Shown here piece by piece: positions 1 to 8,813 of a stretch of DNA of 64,000 nt. The translations under genes and the position numbers were made by a program. Source of the DNA: a virus; IMG/VR virus record IMGVR_UViG_3300045988_147330, positions 32,001-96,000 of that record; one strand, written 5' to 3'. Below the pieces are notes generated by a model. The model ran no database searches, was not told the origin of the DNA, and saw only the letters and a program-made list of their open reading frames with translations. Each line of letters starts with the position of its first letter. The stretch's first letter is position 1.

Positions 1-129
1 GGTAACTGACTATTTAGAAAAAACAAAATTTTGAGAATATGTATAATATATTAAGGAGAATATTTACAGATTGTGACATTATAGATATGTATGGTCTGTA
101 TTGTGAGTTCACAAATAAAACTTTATATT

Positions 130-657
130 ATGACTACAAATAGACTTTATTACACAACATCAAAAATATATGTTCAAGCCGGAACAACCTTTAAAATCAA
201 TGTTGAAATATTACTGGCTGATGGTAATTGGAGTATAATATCACATATTTACGAGAAACGCAAAAACGGTCGTTTCGCTTTGCGTGCTAGTGGTTGTTGC
301 TATGAGGAAATTATAAAGTGTTTCCCACAATTTAAAATGTTTGTAGATCTTCATTTGTCTGATCATTACGGCACGCCTATACACCCAGTCGAAAACGGGT
401 TTTACCATATTAAGAACAGTAGCAAAGAAACTGCAATCAACTATTTGCGCCTCACGGAGGCGGAATATGATTCGCTTTACCAGGCAGAAGATAAACAACA
501 TTTTAAATACCTCCTATTTTCGCTTGGTATCGTTGAACGCTGGAAAAGAGAATCTAATGAGGCTTTAAAAAAGCTGGAAGAGTTGACCGGGCAAATATGG
601 GAAAAACCATATAATCCGGAAAACGAACGTTTTACTTTGAAATTGACGGATGAATAA
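130..657 (+). CDS. hypothetical protein
   Basis: ORF track 91..657; first internal ATG at 130 (MTTNRLYY) chosen; no motif recognised. Confidence 0.5.
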   Translation: MTTNRLYYTTSKIYVQAGTTFKINVEILLADGNWSIISHIYEKRKNGRFALRASGCCYEEIIKCFPQFKMFVDLHLSDHYGTPIHPVENGFYHIKNSSKETAINYLRLTEAEYDSLYQAEDKQHFKYLLFSLGIVERWKRESNEALKKLEELTGQIWEKPYNPENERFTLKLTDE

Positions 658-679
658 CGTACGATCATGACTAAATGAT

Positions 680-907
680 ATGACACAGAAAGAAGCATTA
701 AAGCAATTACAATCATATTGCAGGGCGAATGGTTTCTCCCTCTATCCATCAAGTTTGCCGAAACATACATACGCTATAATATTGGCGGATGGTGATGATG
801 GCGAAATAACAACACGTTACCCGAATAAGCGTATAAGCGGGTATTTCACCCCGAAAGAGTTGTTAATATGGCTTGATGGCTACCACACAGGATTACAAGA
901 GAAATAA
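680..907 (+). CDS. hypothetical protein
   Basis: Non-overlapping ORF in co-directional array. Confidence 0.5.
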   Translation: MTQKEALKQLQSYCRANGFSLYPSSLPKHTYAIILADGDDGEITTRYPNKRISGYFTPKELLIWLDGYHTGLQEK

Positions 908-910
908 GTA

Positions 911-934
911 TTAACTGCGGGCAACCGCACAAAA
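911..934 (+). promoter_or_regulatory. intergenic stem-loop, 5-bp stem with GCAA tetraloop (tgcgg-gcaa-ccgca) flanked by attaac / caaaa
   Basis: Read directly; same flanks and loop but different stem sequence as 1741-1766. Confidence 0.5.
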
Positions 935-944
935 TAAAAGAAAT

Positions 945-1187
945 ATGAATTATAACGTAACATCCGTAAAAGACGGATATAATGAAACCAAAAAAAACGG
1001 ATACAAGCTATATGAAGACGAAAAACGCTATTATAGCGTGTGGATGAAAAATAACATACCCGACCCAACCACATGGGCGAGCCTTAACCGATGCGGGGAA
1101 CGTGATATGCCTATATTCACATGTGAGTATTGTGATTATCAAGGCTGGGAGCGTGAAGAATACGATACGGTTACAATAATCGGATAA
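945..1187 (+). CDS. hypothetical protein
   Basis: Non-overlapping ORF in co-directional array. Confidence 0.5.
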   Translation: MNYNVTSVKDGYNETKKNGYKLYEDEKRYYSVWMKNNIPDPTTWASLNRCGERDMPIFTCEYCDYQGWEREEYDTVTIIG

Positions 1188-1190
1188 AAC

Positions 1191-1250
1191 GAATTATTCC
1201 GGCGTGGAGGACAGCAAGCGGAGCGACACCGCCGCCGGGAACTATTATAA
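1191..1250 (+). promoter_or_regulatory. conserved intergenic structured element (aattatt-CCGGCG...CGCCGG-gaactatt)
   Basis: Outer stem 1199-1204/1233-1238; same architecture as 1421-1476 and 1998-2062 with covarying stems. Confidence 0.5.
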
Positions 1251-1272
1251 ACCAATAAAAAAAAATAGAACA

Positions 1273-1419
1273 ATGAGAACGTATTTTGCACAAGTAAAAA
1301 CAAGGTATCAAGCTATTAGAGAATGTCCGTTTACGCCTTCAAATGTCGCCAAGGTGTATGGAGGCTTCATATGTTTTGAGTCTACGAATGACTACAATAC
1401 ATGGAAAAACCAAAAGTAA
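1273..1419 (+). CDS. hypothetical small protein
   Basis: ORF track 1204..1419 begins at GTG inside the structured element; ATG at 1273 (MRTYFAQ) preferred. Confidence 0.45.
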   Translation: MRTYFAQVKTRYQAIRECPFTPSNVAKVYGGFICFESTNDYNTWKNQK

Positions 1420-1420
1420 C

Positions 1421-1476
1421 CAATTATCCCGTATCGGCTTACCGTAGTCTTTGATGAATATACGGGAACTAGTTTT
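1421..1476 (+). promoter_or_regulatory. conserved intergenic structured element (caattat-CCCGTAT...ATACGGG-aactagtt)
   Basis: Outer stem 1428-1434/1460-1466. Confidence 0.5.
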
Positions 1477-1507
1477 ATAAACTTAAAAACATTAAATAAA
1501 AGAGAAT

Positions 1508-1732
1508 ATGAGAACGAAAACACCCGAACAATTAAATAAGCAATGGAAGCGAATAAGCAGCTATGTAAGGCAGCGCGGCAGATTTATGGAATACTTTCGC
1601 ATATACGCACGTTATCGTAACCGCATGGCAAAGTATTTAGGCTCATCGCCTTATTGGCGAATAAATACAGGCTACCAATACACGGAAGGAAACAACGCGC
1701 CTACACCGCGCGAAGTGTATGCAGGATATTAA
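1508..1732 (+). CDS. hypothetical basic protein
   Basis: Arg/Tyr-rich 74-aa ORF in array. Confidence 0.5.
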   Translation: MRTKTPEQLNKQWKRISSYVRQRGRFMEYFRIYARYRNRMAKYLGSSPYWRINTGYQYTEGNNAPTPREVYAGY

Positions 1733-1740
1733 TAACGAAT

Positions 1741-1766
1741 TATTAACCGCAAGCAATTGCACAAAA
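1741..1766 (+). promoter_or_regulatory. intergenic stem-loop, 4-bp stem with GCAA tetraloop (gcaa-gcaa-ttgc) flanked by attaac / caaaa
   Basis: Stem 1749-1752/1757-1760; covaries with 916-929. Confidence 0.45.
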
Positions 1767-1774
1767 CGGAAAGT

Positions 1775-1996
1775 ATGAATATTATTACAGATAGAACAAA
1801 GGCCCCTGCAAAGCTACGCTATAGGGTGAGCAATAACAGCGGAACGATAAACGAAGAATTCGGGAAGGACCAACAAGCCGCCTATGATTTTGCAAACGGA
1901 ATGAATGAAACGGCAACAATACGCGGGTATTTCGTTTTCAAAAAGTGCGGAAAATGGCAAACTAATACGGTATTTATAGATCATGTGTTTAAGTAA
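1775..1996 (+). CDS. hypothetical protein
   Basis: ORF track 1757..1996 starts at TTG inside the hairpin; ATG at 1775 preferred. Confidence 0.5.
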   Translation: MNIITDRTKAPAKLRYRVSNNSGTINEEFGKDQQAAYDFANGMNETATIRGYFVFKKCGKWQTNTVFIDHVFK

Positions 1997-1997
1997 T

Positions 1998-2062
1998 CAA
2001 CTATTCCGCCAAAGGTTGAAAGCCCTGCAAGTGGTGCAAGTTCCACGGGCGGAACTATTACT
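1998..2062 (+). promoter_or_regulatory. conserved intergenic structured element (aactatt-CCGCC...GGCGG-aactatta)
   Basis: Outer stem 2004-2010/2048-2054; inner GTGG/CCAC helix. Confidence 0.5.
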
Positions 2063-2083
2063 AACTAAAGACAAAATAAGATT

Positions 2084-2278
2084 ATGGAAAAGAATTATTT
2101 TATTCAGATTAACGAGGAAACACGTAGTATAATGCTTCAACCATGTAACGCATTCGAGGCTATAAGGCTGATAAACTTCTACAGCGATGGGATAAACCTA
2201 CTTAAAGAAACACAAGAAGTTACAAGCATAGAACTGTATAAGATTGGCGAACCATTACCGAAACGAATAATAATTTAA
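2084..2278 (+). CDS. hypothetical protein
   Basis: ORF in array. Confidence 0.5.
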   Translation: MEKNYFIQINEETRSIMLQPCNAFEAIRLINFYSDGINLLKETQEVTSIELYKIGEPLPKRIII

Positions 2279-2290
2279 GCAATTTGATAA

Positions 2291-2539
2291 ATGGGAACGA
2301 ATAACAAACAATCTATATTAGAGGGGCGTAAATGGGATGTAATAGAGAGTGTTGACGGGTATTTTTCCGGGGAAAAGAATGGAGTGATCATACAAGGCGC
2401 GACAATGAGCGAATTATATGAAAAATGCAAATCTTTTGATATAGCTTCGGTTATGGAGAAAATTAAGACGGGTGTAGATCTGAACGACTGGGAAAAACGC
2501 TTAATAAAAGTTAATAAAAAGTTGTTGGCAAACCAATAA
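2291..2539 (+). CDS. hypothetical protein
   Basis: ORF in array. Confidence 0.5.
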   Translation: MGTNNKQSILEGRKWDVIESVDGYFSGEKNGVIIQGATMSELYEKCKSFDIASVMEKIKTGVDLNDWEKRLIKVNKKLLANQ

Positions 2540-2555
2540 ACTATATCTTTGCTAT

Positions 2556-2753
2556 ATGAGAAATAAATATGTTACAGAATATAAGGGATGTACTATAGAA
2601 GTCACTGGAGAAAACGACTTCATGTACAGGATAATTAAGAGAGGTGCAAAAGGACAACGGATGGATCTTTTTGTAGATATGTTTTACAGATCTACTTCTG
2701 ACGCTTTAAAGGGTGCTATGAAATGGATAGATAATAATGTGAGGAAGGAGTAA
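2556..2753 (+). CDS. hypothetical protein
   Basis: ORF in array. Confidence 0.5.
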   Translation: MRNKYVTEYKGCTIEVTGENDFMYRIIKRGAKGQRMDLFVDMFYRSTSDALKGAMKWIDNNVRKE

Positions 2754-2885
2754 TATTATGATTTTTGGAATTATTTTTGCAATGATAATGAGGGCTTTAT
2801 GTGGAAATATGTTAGACGATTAATTATTATCATCATATGGCTTATTGTGTTACAAATTTTATCTGAGTGTTAAACATGTGTGTAT

Positions 2886-3230
2886 ATGACTAAAGAGGAA
2901 TTTAAAGCAAAGAGGGAAATTATCAATTCAAAGATAAGAGAATTGAATAACGAAATGATGAAACTTAAAAAGGAATATATTAAATCCAACGAGAATTATC
3001 CTATTGGAAGTAAAGTTTGTGTTACTATTCCATCATCCGTATATACTATTTTGGACACTCTTGAAAGTTTTGCCGTTCCTGAGTCAAAACAGTATGCTTA
3101 TATTGTAGATTATGAAATTGATCATAGAGATAATGTGGTTCCGTGCCTTAAAAAGGTAAAAAAAGACGGTACGGCATCAACCTTCAATTTATATGTTAAT
3201 TTTGAAAACTGTATAATAGAACAGGTATGA
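2886..3230 (+). CDS. hypothetical protein
   Basis: ORF track 2880..3230 (GTG); ATG at 2886. Confidence 0.55.
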   Translation: MTKEEFKAKREIINSKIRELNNEMMKLKKEYIKSNENYPIGSKVCVTIPSSVYTILDTLESFAVPESKQYAYIVDYEIDHRDNVVPCLKKVKKDGTASTFNLYVNFENCIIEQV

Positions 3231-3237
3231 AAGTAAG

Positions 3238-3429
3238 ATGGGAAAAATAAAAGTAGGAAAACTAAACCCTGGCGACTTGTTTGAGTACAGAGGTGTGATA
3301 TATGAGGTAATATATATGGCAGGTTGGAGTGTTCGTTGCAGGTATGTGAATGATAAGTGCAATTACGGTACTTGGTTGGATTATCATCTTTATTGTGATT
3401 TTAGTATTCATACAATTGTTGAGATATGA
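3238..3429 (+). CDS. hypothetical protein
   Basis: ORF in array. Confidence 0.5.
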   Translation: MGKIKVGKLNPGDLFEYRGVIYEVIYMAGWSVRCRYVNDKCNYGTWLDYHLYCDFSIHTIVEI

Positions 3430-3587
3430 AAACATTAATTTTTGATGTAATGCTTGATGGACGATTTGTTCACACATTCAAGTATGAATATTGTCCATTA
3501 TTCCCTATTGATATAGAAGAACTGGAGAAGTTTGTTACTGACAGGCTTCCTACATTGAAAGGCAAAGACTTTAGAATTGTATTTTAA
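3426..3587 (+). CDS. hypothetical small protein (53 aa)
   Basis: Own translation (MKTLIFDVMLDGRF...); ATGA overlap with the upstream stop; below the ORF-track size cutoff. Confidence 0.45.
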   Translation: MKTLIFDVMLDGRFVHTFKYEYCPLFPIDIEELEKFVTDRLPTLKGKDFRIVF

Positions 3588-3623
3588 AATGAAGAAGATA
3601 TTAATGAGAAAAGAAATTAAAAT

Positions 3624-3812
3624 ATGAAAAATGTGATTTTATTTGCTAGTTTAATATTAGCACTATCATCTTGTGATCGTAAATCTTATCATGTGAAGGG
3701 TGGTACTGCAATAACCATTGATGGAGATACCATTGAGTTTTATGGTGGAACAATTACTTATCCCTTTGCCGGTCAACGTAGTATTAGTGGAATAGTTATT
3801 AAAGGGAAATAA
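3624..3812 (+). CDS. putative lipoprotein
   Basis: N-terminal signal peptide with lipobox: MKNVILFASLILALSSC. Confidence 0.6.
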   Translation: MKNVILFASLILALSSCDRKSYHVKGGTAITIDGDTIEFYGGTITYPFAGQRSISGIVIKGK

Positions 3813-3821
3813 TATTGAGAT

Positions 3822-4037
3822 ATGGAAATAAAGAACGTAGGACAACTTAGAAAAATAATTGAGAATCTTTCCGATGATTACGAAATAGAGATGCGTGTTA
3901 GACGCAAATTGACGGATGAAGAATTGAAAAATTGCAGATACCCTTACCCTTATGATACAGATTATTTAACTCTAGAATTTGACGATATAGGCGTTTCTTG
4001 CAAAGTATTGTGCTTGGGTGTAACTTCTAATGAATGA
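3822..4037 (+). CDS. hypothetical protein
   Basis: ORF in array. Confidence 0.5.
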   Translation: MEIKNVGQLRKIIENLSDDYEIEMRVRRKLTDEELKNCRYPYPYDTDYLTLEFDDIGVSCKVLCLGVTSNE

Positions 4038-4267
4038 ACGGTATGGAAATAAATAGCGGAATAATAATAGATGGAGTGCTGCATGAAATGATTGAACTGA
4101 TTGATGCGTCTAGTCTAAATTTCGATTGCAGTAAATGTTCGTTGAATAAAAAATGCAATAAGTGTAAGATGAGGAATGAATTATATCTGTGTGATGTGAT
4201 GGGTTGTTTCTTCTTTGTCAATCGTGGTAAAGTAACGGATATTAAAACAGAGGAGGATAAGGAATGA
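4034..4267 (+). CDS. hypothetical Cys-rich protein
   Basis: CSKCSLNKKCNKCK motif; ATGA coupling to neighbours. Confidence 0.5.
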   Translation: MNGMEINSGIIIDGVLHEMIELIDASSLNFDCSKCSLNKKCNKCKMRNELYLCDVMGCFFFVNRGKVTDIKTEEDKE

Positions 4268-4722
4268 AACAGGTATTATCAATCGAACAGATGAAGCACT
4301 TGAAGGAGCTTGGGCTAGATACAAGTGATGCAAGCATGGTATTAATAGCCACGGATGATGATGGTTGCGAATTGTTATGGGAAGATGCTGAAAAAGCAAT
4401 TAAGCACCATTGGTACAATGTCCATTTTAATCTATATTACGTTGACACTAGTAGTTATGATCATTCCTTAAAAAAAGAGTGTGGAGTTTTTACCTTGCAG
4501 GATATTCTCGGCAAGTTACCGCGACACATAAATGACTTTGGTACAAAATATAAGCTGCACATTGAACCTACTTTTGCTGGACCTTGGTGTATAAGTTATC
4601 AAATAGGCATATGTGAACCATTTGTTTTTAAATTGTCAGGAAATCTATTGGATGCAGCCTATGATATGCTGTGCTGGTGTATTGAAAAAGGATATGTTAA
4701 AGTTGGAGAGGAGGAAAAGTAA
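4264..4722 (+). CDS. hypothetical protein, paralog of 29745..30134
   Basis: Shares MKQVLSIEQMK.L.ELG.DTS.ASM ... AAYDMLCWCI with the second copy. Confidence 0.6.
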   Translation: MKQVLSIEQMKHLKELGLDTSDASMVLIATDDDGCELLWEDAEKAIKHHWYNVHFNLYYVDTSSYDHSLKKECGVFTLQDILGKLPRHINDFGTKYKLHIEPTFAGPWCISYQIGICEPFVFKLSGNLLDAAYDMLCWCIEKGYVKVGEEEK

Positions 4723-5037
4723 ATGGATATAGTACCTATTGTAACAAAAGATGATCTTTCTAAAGAACAGATAGAGTATCTACAAAAACAACAAACAGAA
4801 TATAAATTGATTAAAAAAGTTAAGAGGAATCCAGGGCATATATTATTCTCTTTTAACGTTAAGACAGGGGAGATAAAGAGAGCTTCTATTATACATAATG
4901 TTTCTATAGGACTGAATGGGCTTCCTATAACTAGGGCTGAAACGGTCATAGAACCTAATTGCTATTATGAACAAGCCTTAAATGAAAAGAATTTTAGAAA
5001 AAAATTGAGGAAATCAGGATTATTAAAAAACGAATAA
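4723..5037 (+). CDS. hypothetical protein
   Basis: ORF in array. Confidence 0.5.
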   Translation: MDIVPIVTKDDLSKEQIEYLQKQQTEYKLIKKVKRNPGHILFSFNVKTGEIKRASIIHNVSIGLNGLPITRAETVIEPNCYYEQALNEKNFRKKLRKSGLLKNE

Positions 5038-5039
5038 TT

Positions 5040-5495
5040 ATGGGATTTACAACATCGTGCTTTATAAGAAAGAGTCCATATAAACTTATGAACAGATTAA
5101 ACGAGTTAGGATATAGATTATTCGGATGTGAACTTAACGAGGACTTGTGTATTTTCACCGAACCTGAATATAGGCTATATAGTGTTGAGTTTTTCAGTAA
5201 TATTCCACATCCCGACGAAACCGATAGCATTGATTGCGGAACTAATGAGGATCTTTTCCTGGCTTTAGCTGCATTGAGGGATGATACAAATAAGTTTCAA
5301 TGGTTTATAGCAGAATCTTCACTTAGTGTTTCTTTTGATGATGCTATTGGTAATGACCATTATTTCGTAGAACCTAAAGGTAGCTTCTTCTTTTGGGGTA
5401 TAGAATATCAAAATTCAACAATTATTTTAGGAAATTTCCGTAAAGCCACCGTAGACGAACTGATTGAATATTTTAAAACAAAGGAGGAACAATGA
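5040..5495 (+). CDS. hypothetical protein
   Basis: ORF in array. Confidence 0.55.
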   Translation: MGFTTSCFIRKSPYKLMNRLNELGYRLFGCELNEDLCIFTEPEYRLYSVEFFSNIPHPDETDSIDCGTNEDLFLALAALRDDTNKFQWFIAESSLSVSFDDAIGNDHYFVEPKGSFFFWGIEYQNSTIILGNFRKATVDELIEYFKTKEEQ

Positions 5496-5746
5496 AAGCA
5501 AAGTATTTTAAAAAGATAAGAAGCCAAGTAAAGTGGTATAAGGTATCATATAGAGATAGTTTATTTTTTAGTTTTAGCGATGAGAAAGAGATATTGGCTA
5601 AATCTCCTGAAAATGCTTGTGTCAGATACCATAAACGTACTGGATGTTTTGTTAACAAATATAATCCTAACCATATCACACAACATAGCGAATGTCTTTC
5701 AAGGTTCAAAGTATGTATAGGTAAGAAAGTAATGTATTTCGATTAA
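5492..5746 (+). CDS. hypothetical protein
   Basis: ATGA coupling to the upstream gene. Confidence 0.5.
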   Translation: MKAKYFKKIRSQVKWYKVSYRDSLFFSFSDEKEILAKSPENACVRYHKRTGCFVNKYNPNHITQHSECLSRFKVCIGKKVMYFD

Positions 5747-5748
5747 AT

Positions 5749-5907
5749 ATGAAAGCAAGAATAAAAAGAAAAATACAAAAACGCCCATTTTTATATAATG
5801 TAGGACAAGTATTTAAGGCTTGTGATTGGCTTACTAGTATTCAGCGTGGAAATATAGTTTGGCGTAGGTATCGTTCATTTGGTACTATTATTAAATCAGA
5901 ATATTAA
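5749..5907 (+). CDS. hypothetical small basic protein (52 aa)
   Basis: Own translation MKARIKRKIQKRPF...; fills the gap between annotated ORFs. Confidence 0.4.
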   Translation: MKARIKRKIQKRPFLYNVGQVFKACDWLTSIQRGNIVWRRYRSFGTIIKSEY

Positions 5908-5909
5908 AT

Positions 5910-6236
5910 ATGAAAGCAAGAGTAAAATCAACAGGGGTTTTGGTGGATGTAACTCCCCAATTAAACATCAACTCTCAACATAGCAGAGATTATTTATATG
6001 TATGTGATAACATGGTATTCAAGGAATGCGAACTTGATTTTTCAGCTATTGACTGGGAACAGCGTAGATACGAACTGGCTAAATCCGCAATGCAAGGGAT
6101 TTTAAGTGACAATACAGAAATTGGTTACGCTTGTTCGGAAGCAGATTACAAGAAAGGAGAGAAACATACAATACCTATAAGCATTGCTCGGTTTGCAATT
6201 GCTTGTGCTGATGCTTTAATTAATGAATTAAAATGA
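5910..6236 (+). CDS. hypothetical protein, IDWEQRRYELAK family (copy 1 of 3)
   Basis: Shares IDWEQRRYELAK...CADALI.ELK with 7161..7439 and 47974..48312. Confidence 0.6.
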   Translation: MKARVKSTGVLVDVTPQLNINSQHSRDYLYVCDNMVFKECELDFSAIDWEQRRYELAKSAMQGILSDNTEIGYACSEADYKKGEKHTIPISIARFAIACADALINELK

Positions 6237-6559
6237 TAAAAGTATTAAGAAATAAAACTCCTATCGCTCGCAAAGAGCATAGATGTGAATTTTGCGGTGA
6301 AGTAATACACATTGGAGAAAAATATAACAGACAGACCAATGTTTGTGATGATCGTGTTTATGATTGGGTTAGTCACTGTGATTGCTCCCAATTAGCCTAT
6401 GAACTTGATATGTTTGATGATTGTGATGAAGGTCTTGACGGTGATGGGTTTATTGACAACTTGAATCAGTATGTTTATGACAATCATTATGATGATAAAA
6501 TATTGGCATTATCACGCTATGAACTTGTAAAGAAGGTATTGGACGAATTTATACATTAG
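6233..6559 (+). CDS. hypothetical protein with CxxC zinc-finger-like motif
   Basis: HRCEFCGEVIH ... SHCDCS. Confidence 0.5.
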   Translation: MIKVLRNKTPIARKEHRCEFCGEVIHIGEKYNRQTNVCDDRVYDWVSHCDCSQLAYELDMFDDCDEGLDGDGFIDNLNQYVYDNHYDDKILALSRYELVKKVLDEFIH

Positions 6560-6563
6560 TGCT

Positions 6564-6836
6564 ATGGATGATGTAAAATTATCATTAAGACAGATAGAAA
6601 AAATGGAACACGCTATAGGGTTTGAGCGTGGTAAAATAAAAAGAAATAGATATAAGGTTTATCGTAACTGGTATATTGTTAATCATCCTGATGATGATTG
6701 GGAAGAGTTGGTGTTTATTGGTTACGCTAATAGAAGATTGTTAGATATAGAAAAACAAATTGTGTACCATGTTTCCGAACTTGGAATGAAATATCTAGGT
6801 GTGTTATTAGGATGTATAATAACGGAGGAGGAATAA
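6564..6836 (+). CDS. hypothetical protein
   Basis: ORF in array. Confidence 0.5.
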   Translation: MDDVKLSLRQIEKMEHAIGFERGKIKRNRYKVYRNWYIVNHPDDDWEELVFIGYANRRLLDIEKQIVYHVSELGMKYLGVLLGCIITEEE

Positions 6837-6866
6837 ACAAGATCGTAAACTTATTGGATAATTATT

Positions 6867-7157
6867 ATGAGTAAATATAGATACAGAGAAGTAAAGAACT
6901 ATATCCACAACGAACTAAAGTTGACTAAAGAGGATATAAGGGAGATAATGATTCCTATCATTAGAGAGGAGGTTAAACGAGTTTTCCATAATACTTATGG
7001 AAATGATGTTTCTCTGGACAACTGGATTCGATGTATGGTTTCCGATGAAATAAAACGTCAAGGAGGCTATAACATGTTATGGACTTTATGTAAGGAGGCA
7101 ATAAAAACCGAGCTAACTGACAAATATTCAATTGAGGTAAATCTTAAAGAAAAGTAA
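6867..7157 (+). CDS. hypothetical protein
   Basis: ORF in array. Confidence 0.5.
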   Translation: MSKYRYREVKNYIHNELKLTKEDIREIMIPIIREEVKRVFHNTYGNDVSLDNWIRCMVSDEIKRQGGYNMLWTLCKEAIKTELTDKYSIEVNLKEK

Positions 7158-7160
7158 ATT

Positions 7161-7439
7161 ATGAAAGCAACAATAAAGGCAACTGGAGAAATTGTAGAGA
7201 TTAAGGATTTATATGATGATGGTACTGCATTGGTGGGAAACATGTATATCAAGGTGTCAGAACTTAATTTCTTTAGTGAAAACATTGATTGGGAACAACG
7301 TAGGTACGAATTGGCAAAAGACATTATTAAAGTTGTTATAGCAAACGAGAATGGTATTAATTCTGAGGCAGTAGCTAAATATTCGCTTAATTGCGCTGAT
7401 GCCCTAATTAAAAGACTAAAGGAGGAGAATCATGGATAG
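7161..7439 (+). CDS. hypothetical protein, IDWEQRRYELAK family (copy 2 of 3)
   Basis: NIDWEQRRYELAKDII...NCADALIKRLKE. Confidence 0.6.
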   Translation: MKATIKATGEIVEIKDLYDDGTALVGNMYIKVSELNFFSENIDWEQRRYELAKDIIKVVIANENGINSEAVAKYSLNCADALIKRLKEENHG

Positions 7440-7629
7440 TGTACAGACACAAACCTTTTCCATTAGAGGGGATGGAGGTGGTGAGGCATATATTGACTTT
7501 TGCGACGGCCAATTATGTGTTTCAGTTGTCATAGAAGATAAACAGGCAGATTTTCACTTTGACCCTGTTACGTTAAAGATGTTTGCCCATGCTTATAAAT
7601 TACATTGTGAAGAGTGTAAAGGAGAATAA
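7432..7629 (+). CDS. hypothetical protein
   Basis: ORF in array. Confidence 0.45.
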   Translation: MDSVQTQTFSIRGDGGGEAYIDFCDGQLCVSVVIEDKQADFHFDPVTLKMFAHAYKLHCEECKGE

Positions 7630-7670
7630 TAATGAATGATTTGACATAATAAGATTAAAAAATAAATAAA

Positions 7671-7889
7671 ATGACAATACGGGATTTAGCGCATTTGTTG
7701 CTTACTGCGCAAGATATAAATAGAGAGGTAATGATAGTCAAAGACGGATGCTATAGCGATATCACGAATGTTAGATTTGAAAACGGAATTTTTTTGATTA
7801 GCGCAAGCGGATATTACAAAGATAGAGTTACCGTAAACACGACTATCGAAGTTAAATCTCCATACAAAGAAGAACCGAAAATATTTTAG
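7671..7889 (+). CDS. hypothetical protein
   Basis: ORF in array. Confidence 0.5.
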   Translation: MTIRDLAHLLLTAQDINREVMIVKDGCYSDITNVRFENGIFLISASGYYKDRVTVNTTIEVKSPYKEEPKIF

Positions 7890-7892
7890 TGT

Positions 7893-8231
7893 ATGATACA
7901 GGAAGAACTTGTAACATTAGAAACTGCTAAACTGCTTAAAGAGAAAGGGTTCAATGAAAGAAAATATCTCATAGATGTTTCCACTTTGAATCATTGTTAT
8001 AAATATTTATCTGTTCCTCCGCAATCCATAGCCCAAAAGTGGTTACGTGAAACCAAAAACATTCATATATGCGTATATAACTGTGCTTGTGGCTATGGAT
8101 ACGAAATATCTAAAGTTGATGGAACTCATATAACTAGTTATGTTTATGAAGGACCTAATGATGGTGGTGAATGGGATATTTATGAAGAAGCACTTGAAGC
8201 CGGATTACAGGAAGCATTAAAACTTATATGA
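7893..8231 (+). CDS. hypothetical protein
   Basis: ORF in array. Confidence 0.5.
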   Translation: MIQEELVTLETAKLLKEKGFNERKYLIDVSTLNHCYKYLSVPPQSIAQKWLRETKNIHICVYNCACGYGYEISKVDGTHITSYVYEGPNDGGEWDIYEEALEAGLQEALKLI

Positions 8232-8384
8232 TTATGAAGAAGATATTTTTCAACGATAAATTAGGATTAACCCAAGCGGTATTGGATGGTCGGAAGACTA
8301 TGGCGTAGATTTGCTTTGGCATATCGAACAGAAGATAAGATACAATGAATTAAGACCTATGTTGAACGGAAAAAGATATTGATT

Positions 8385-8813
8385 ATGAAACGTGAAATAA
8401 AATTCAGAGGGAAAGAATTTGAAACAGGACAGTGGATAGAAGGATCTTTGACAACATATCCAAGATACTACCCAACTATTACACTCGTTGAAAATGCTGA
8501 ACTTATTCCAAAAAAGAAAACTTGTGTAGTTCTTCCTGAAACAGTAGGACAGTTCACCGGATTATGTGACAAGAACGGCAAAGAGATTTACGAGGGGGAT
8601 ATAGTCAAAACAAAAGAATATGGGATTGATATTCCTAATGGAGTTTTTTGTTCCAATGTTGCTGGTTGCGACAATTTTTCAGTAGATTATATTGATGGTG
8701 GGTTTCGTTTGTTAAATAATCAACGTGGATTTTTATTGTGCAAAGATAATCATCTTGAAGTGATAGGTAACATATATGATAATCCGGAATTATTGAAAGA
8801 AAATAAGCGATGA
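8385..8813 (+). CDS. YopX-family protein
   Basis: KFRGK...GQFTGLCDKNGKEIYEGDIV...EVIGNIYDNPELL is the pattern I recall for YopX; ATG at 8385. Confidence 0.65.
   Translation: MKREIKFRGKEFETGQWIEGSLTTYPRYYPTITLVENAELIPKKKTCVVLPETVGQFTGLCDKNGKEIYEGDIVKTKEYGIDIPNGVFCSNVAGCDNFSVDYIDGGFRLLNNQRGFLLCKDNHLEVIGNIYDNPELLKENKR

Noticed and set aside
2758-2880. Two overlapping tiny hydrophobic ORFs (MIFGIIFAMIMRALCGNMLDD and MWKYVRRLIIIIIWLIVLQILSEC) in the 2754-2885 gap
   Set aside because: They are plausible membrane micropeptides, but each is under 25 aa and they overlap each other. I have no way to choose between them or support translation from sequence alone.
8234-8308. 24-aa ORF MKKIFFNDKLGLTQAVLDGRKTMA resembling the N-terminus of ASCH-type proteins; possible gene remnant
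   Set aside because: It is too short to support homology by eye, and the downstream frames do not continue the similarity. I left it unannotated.
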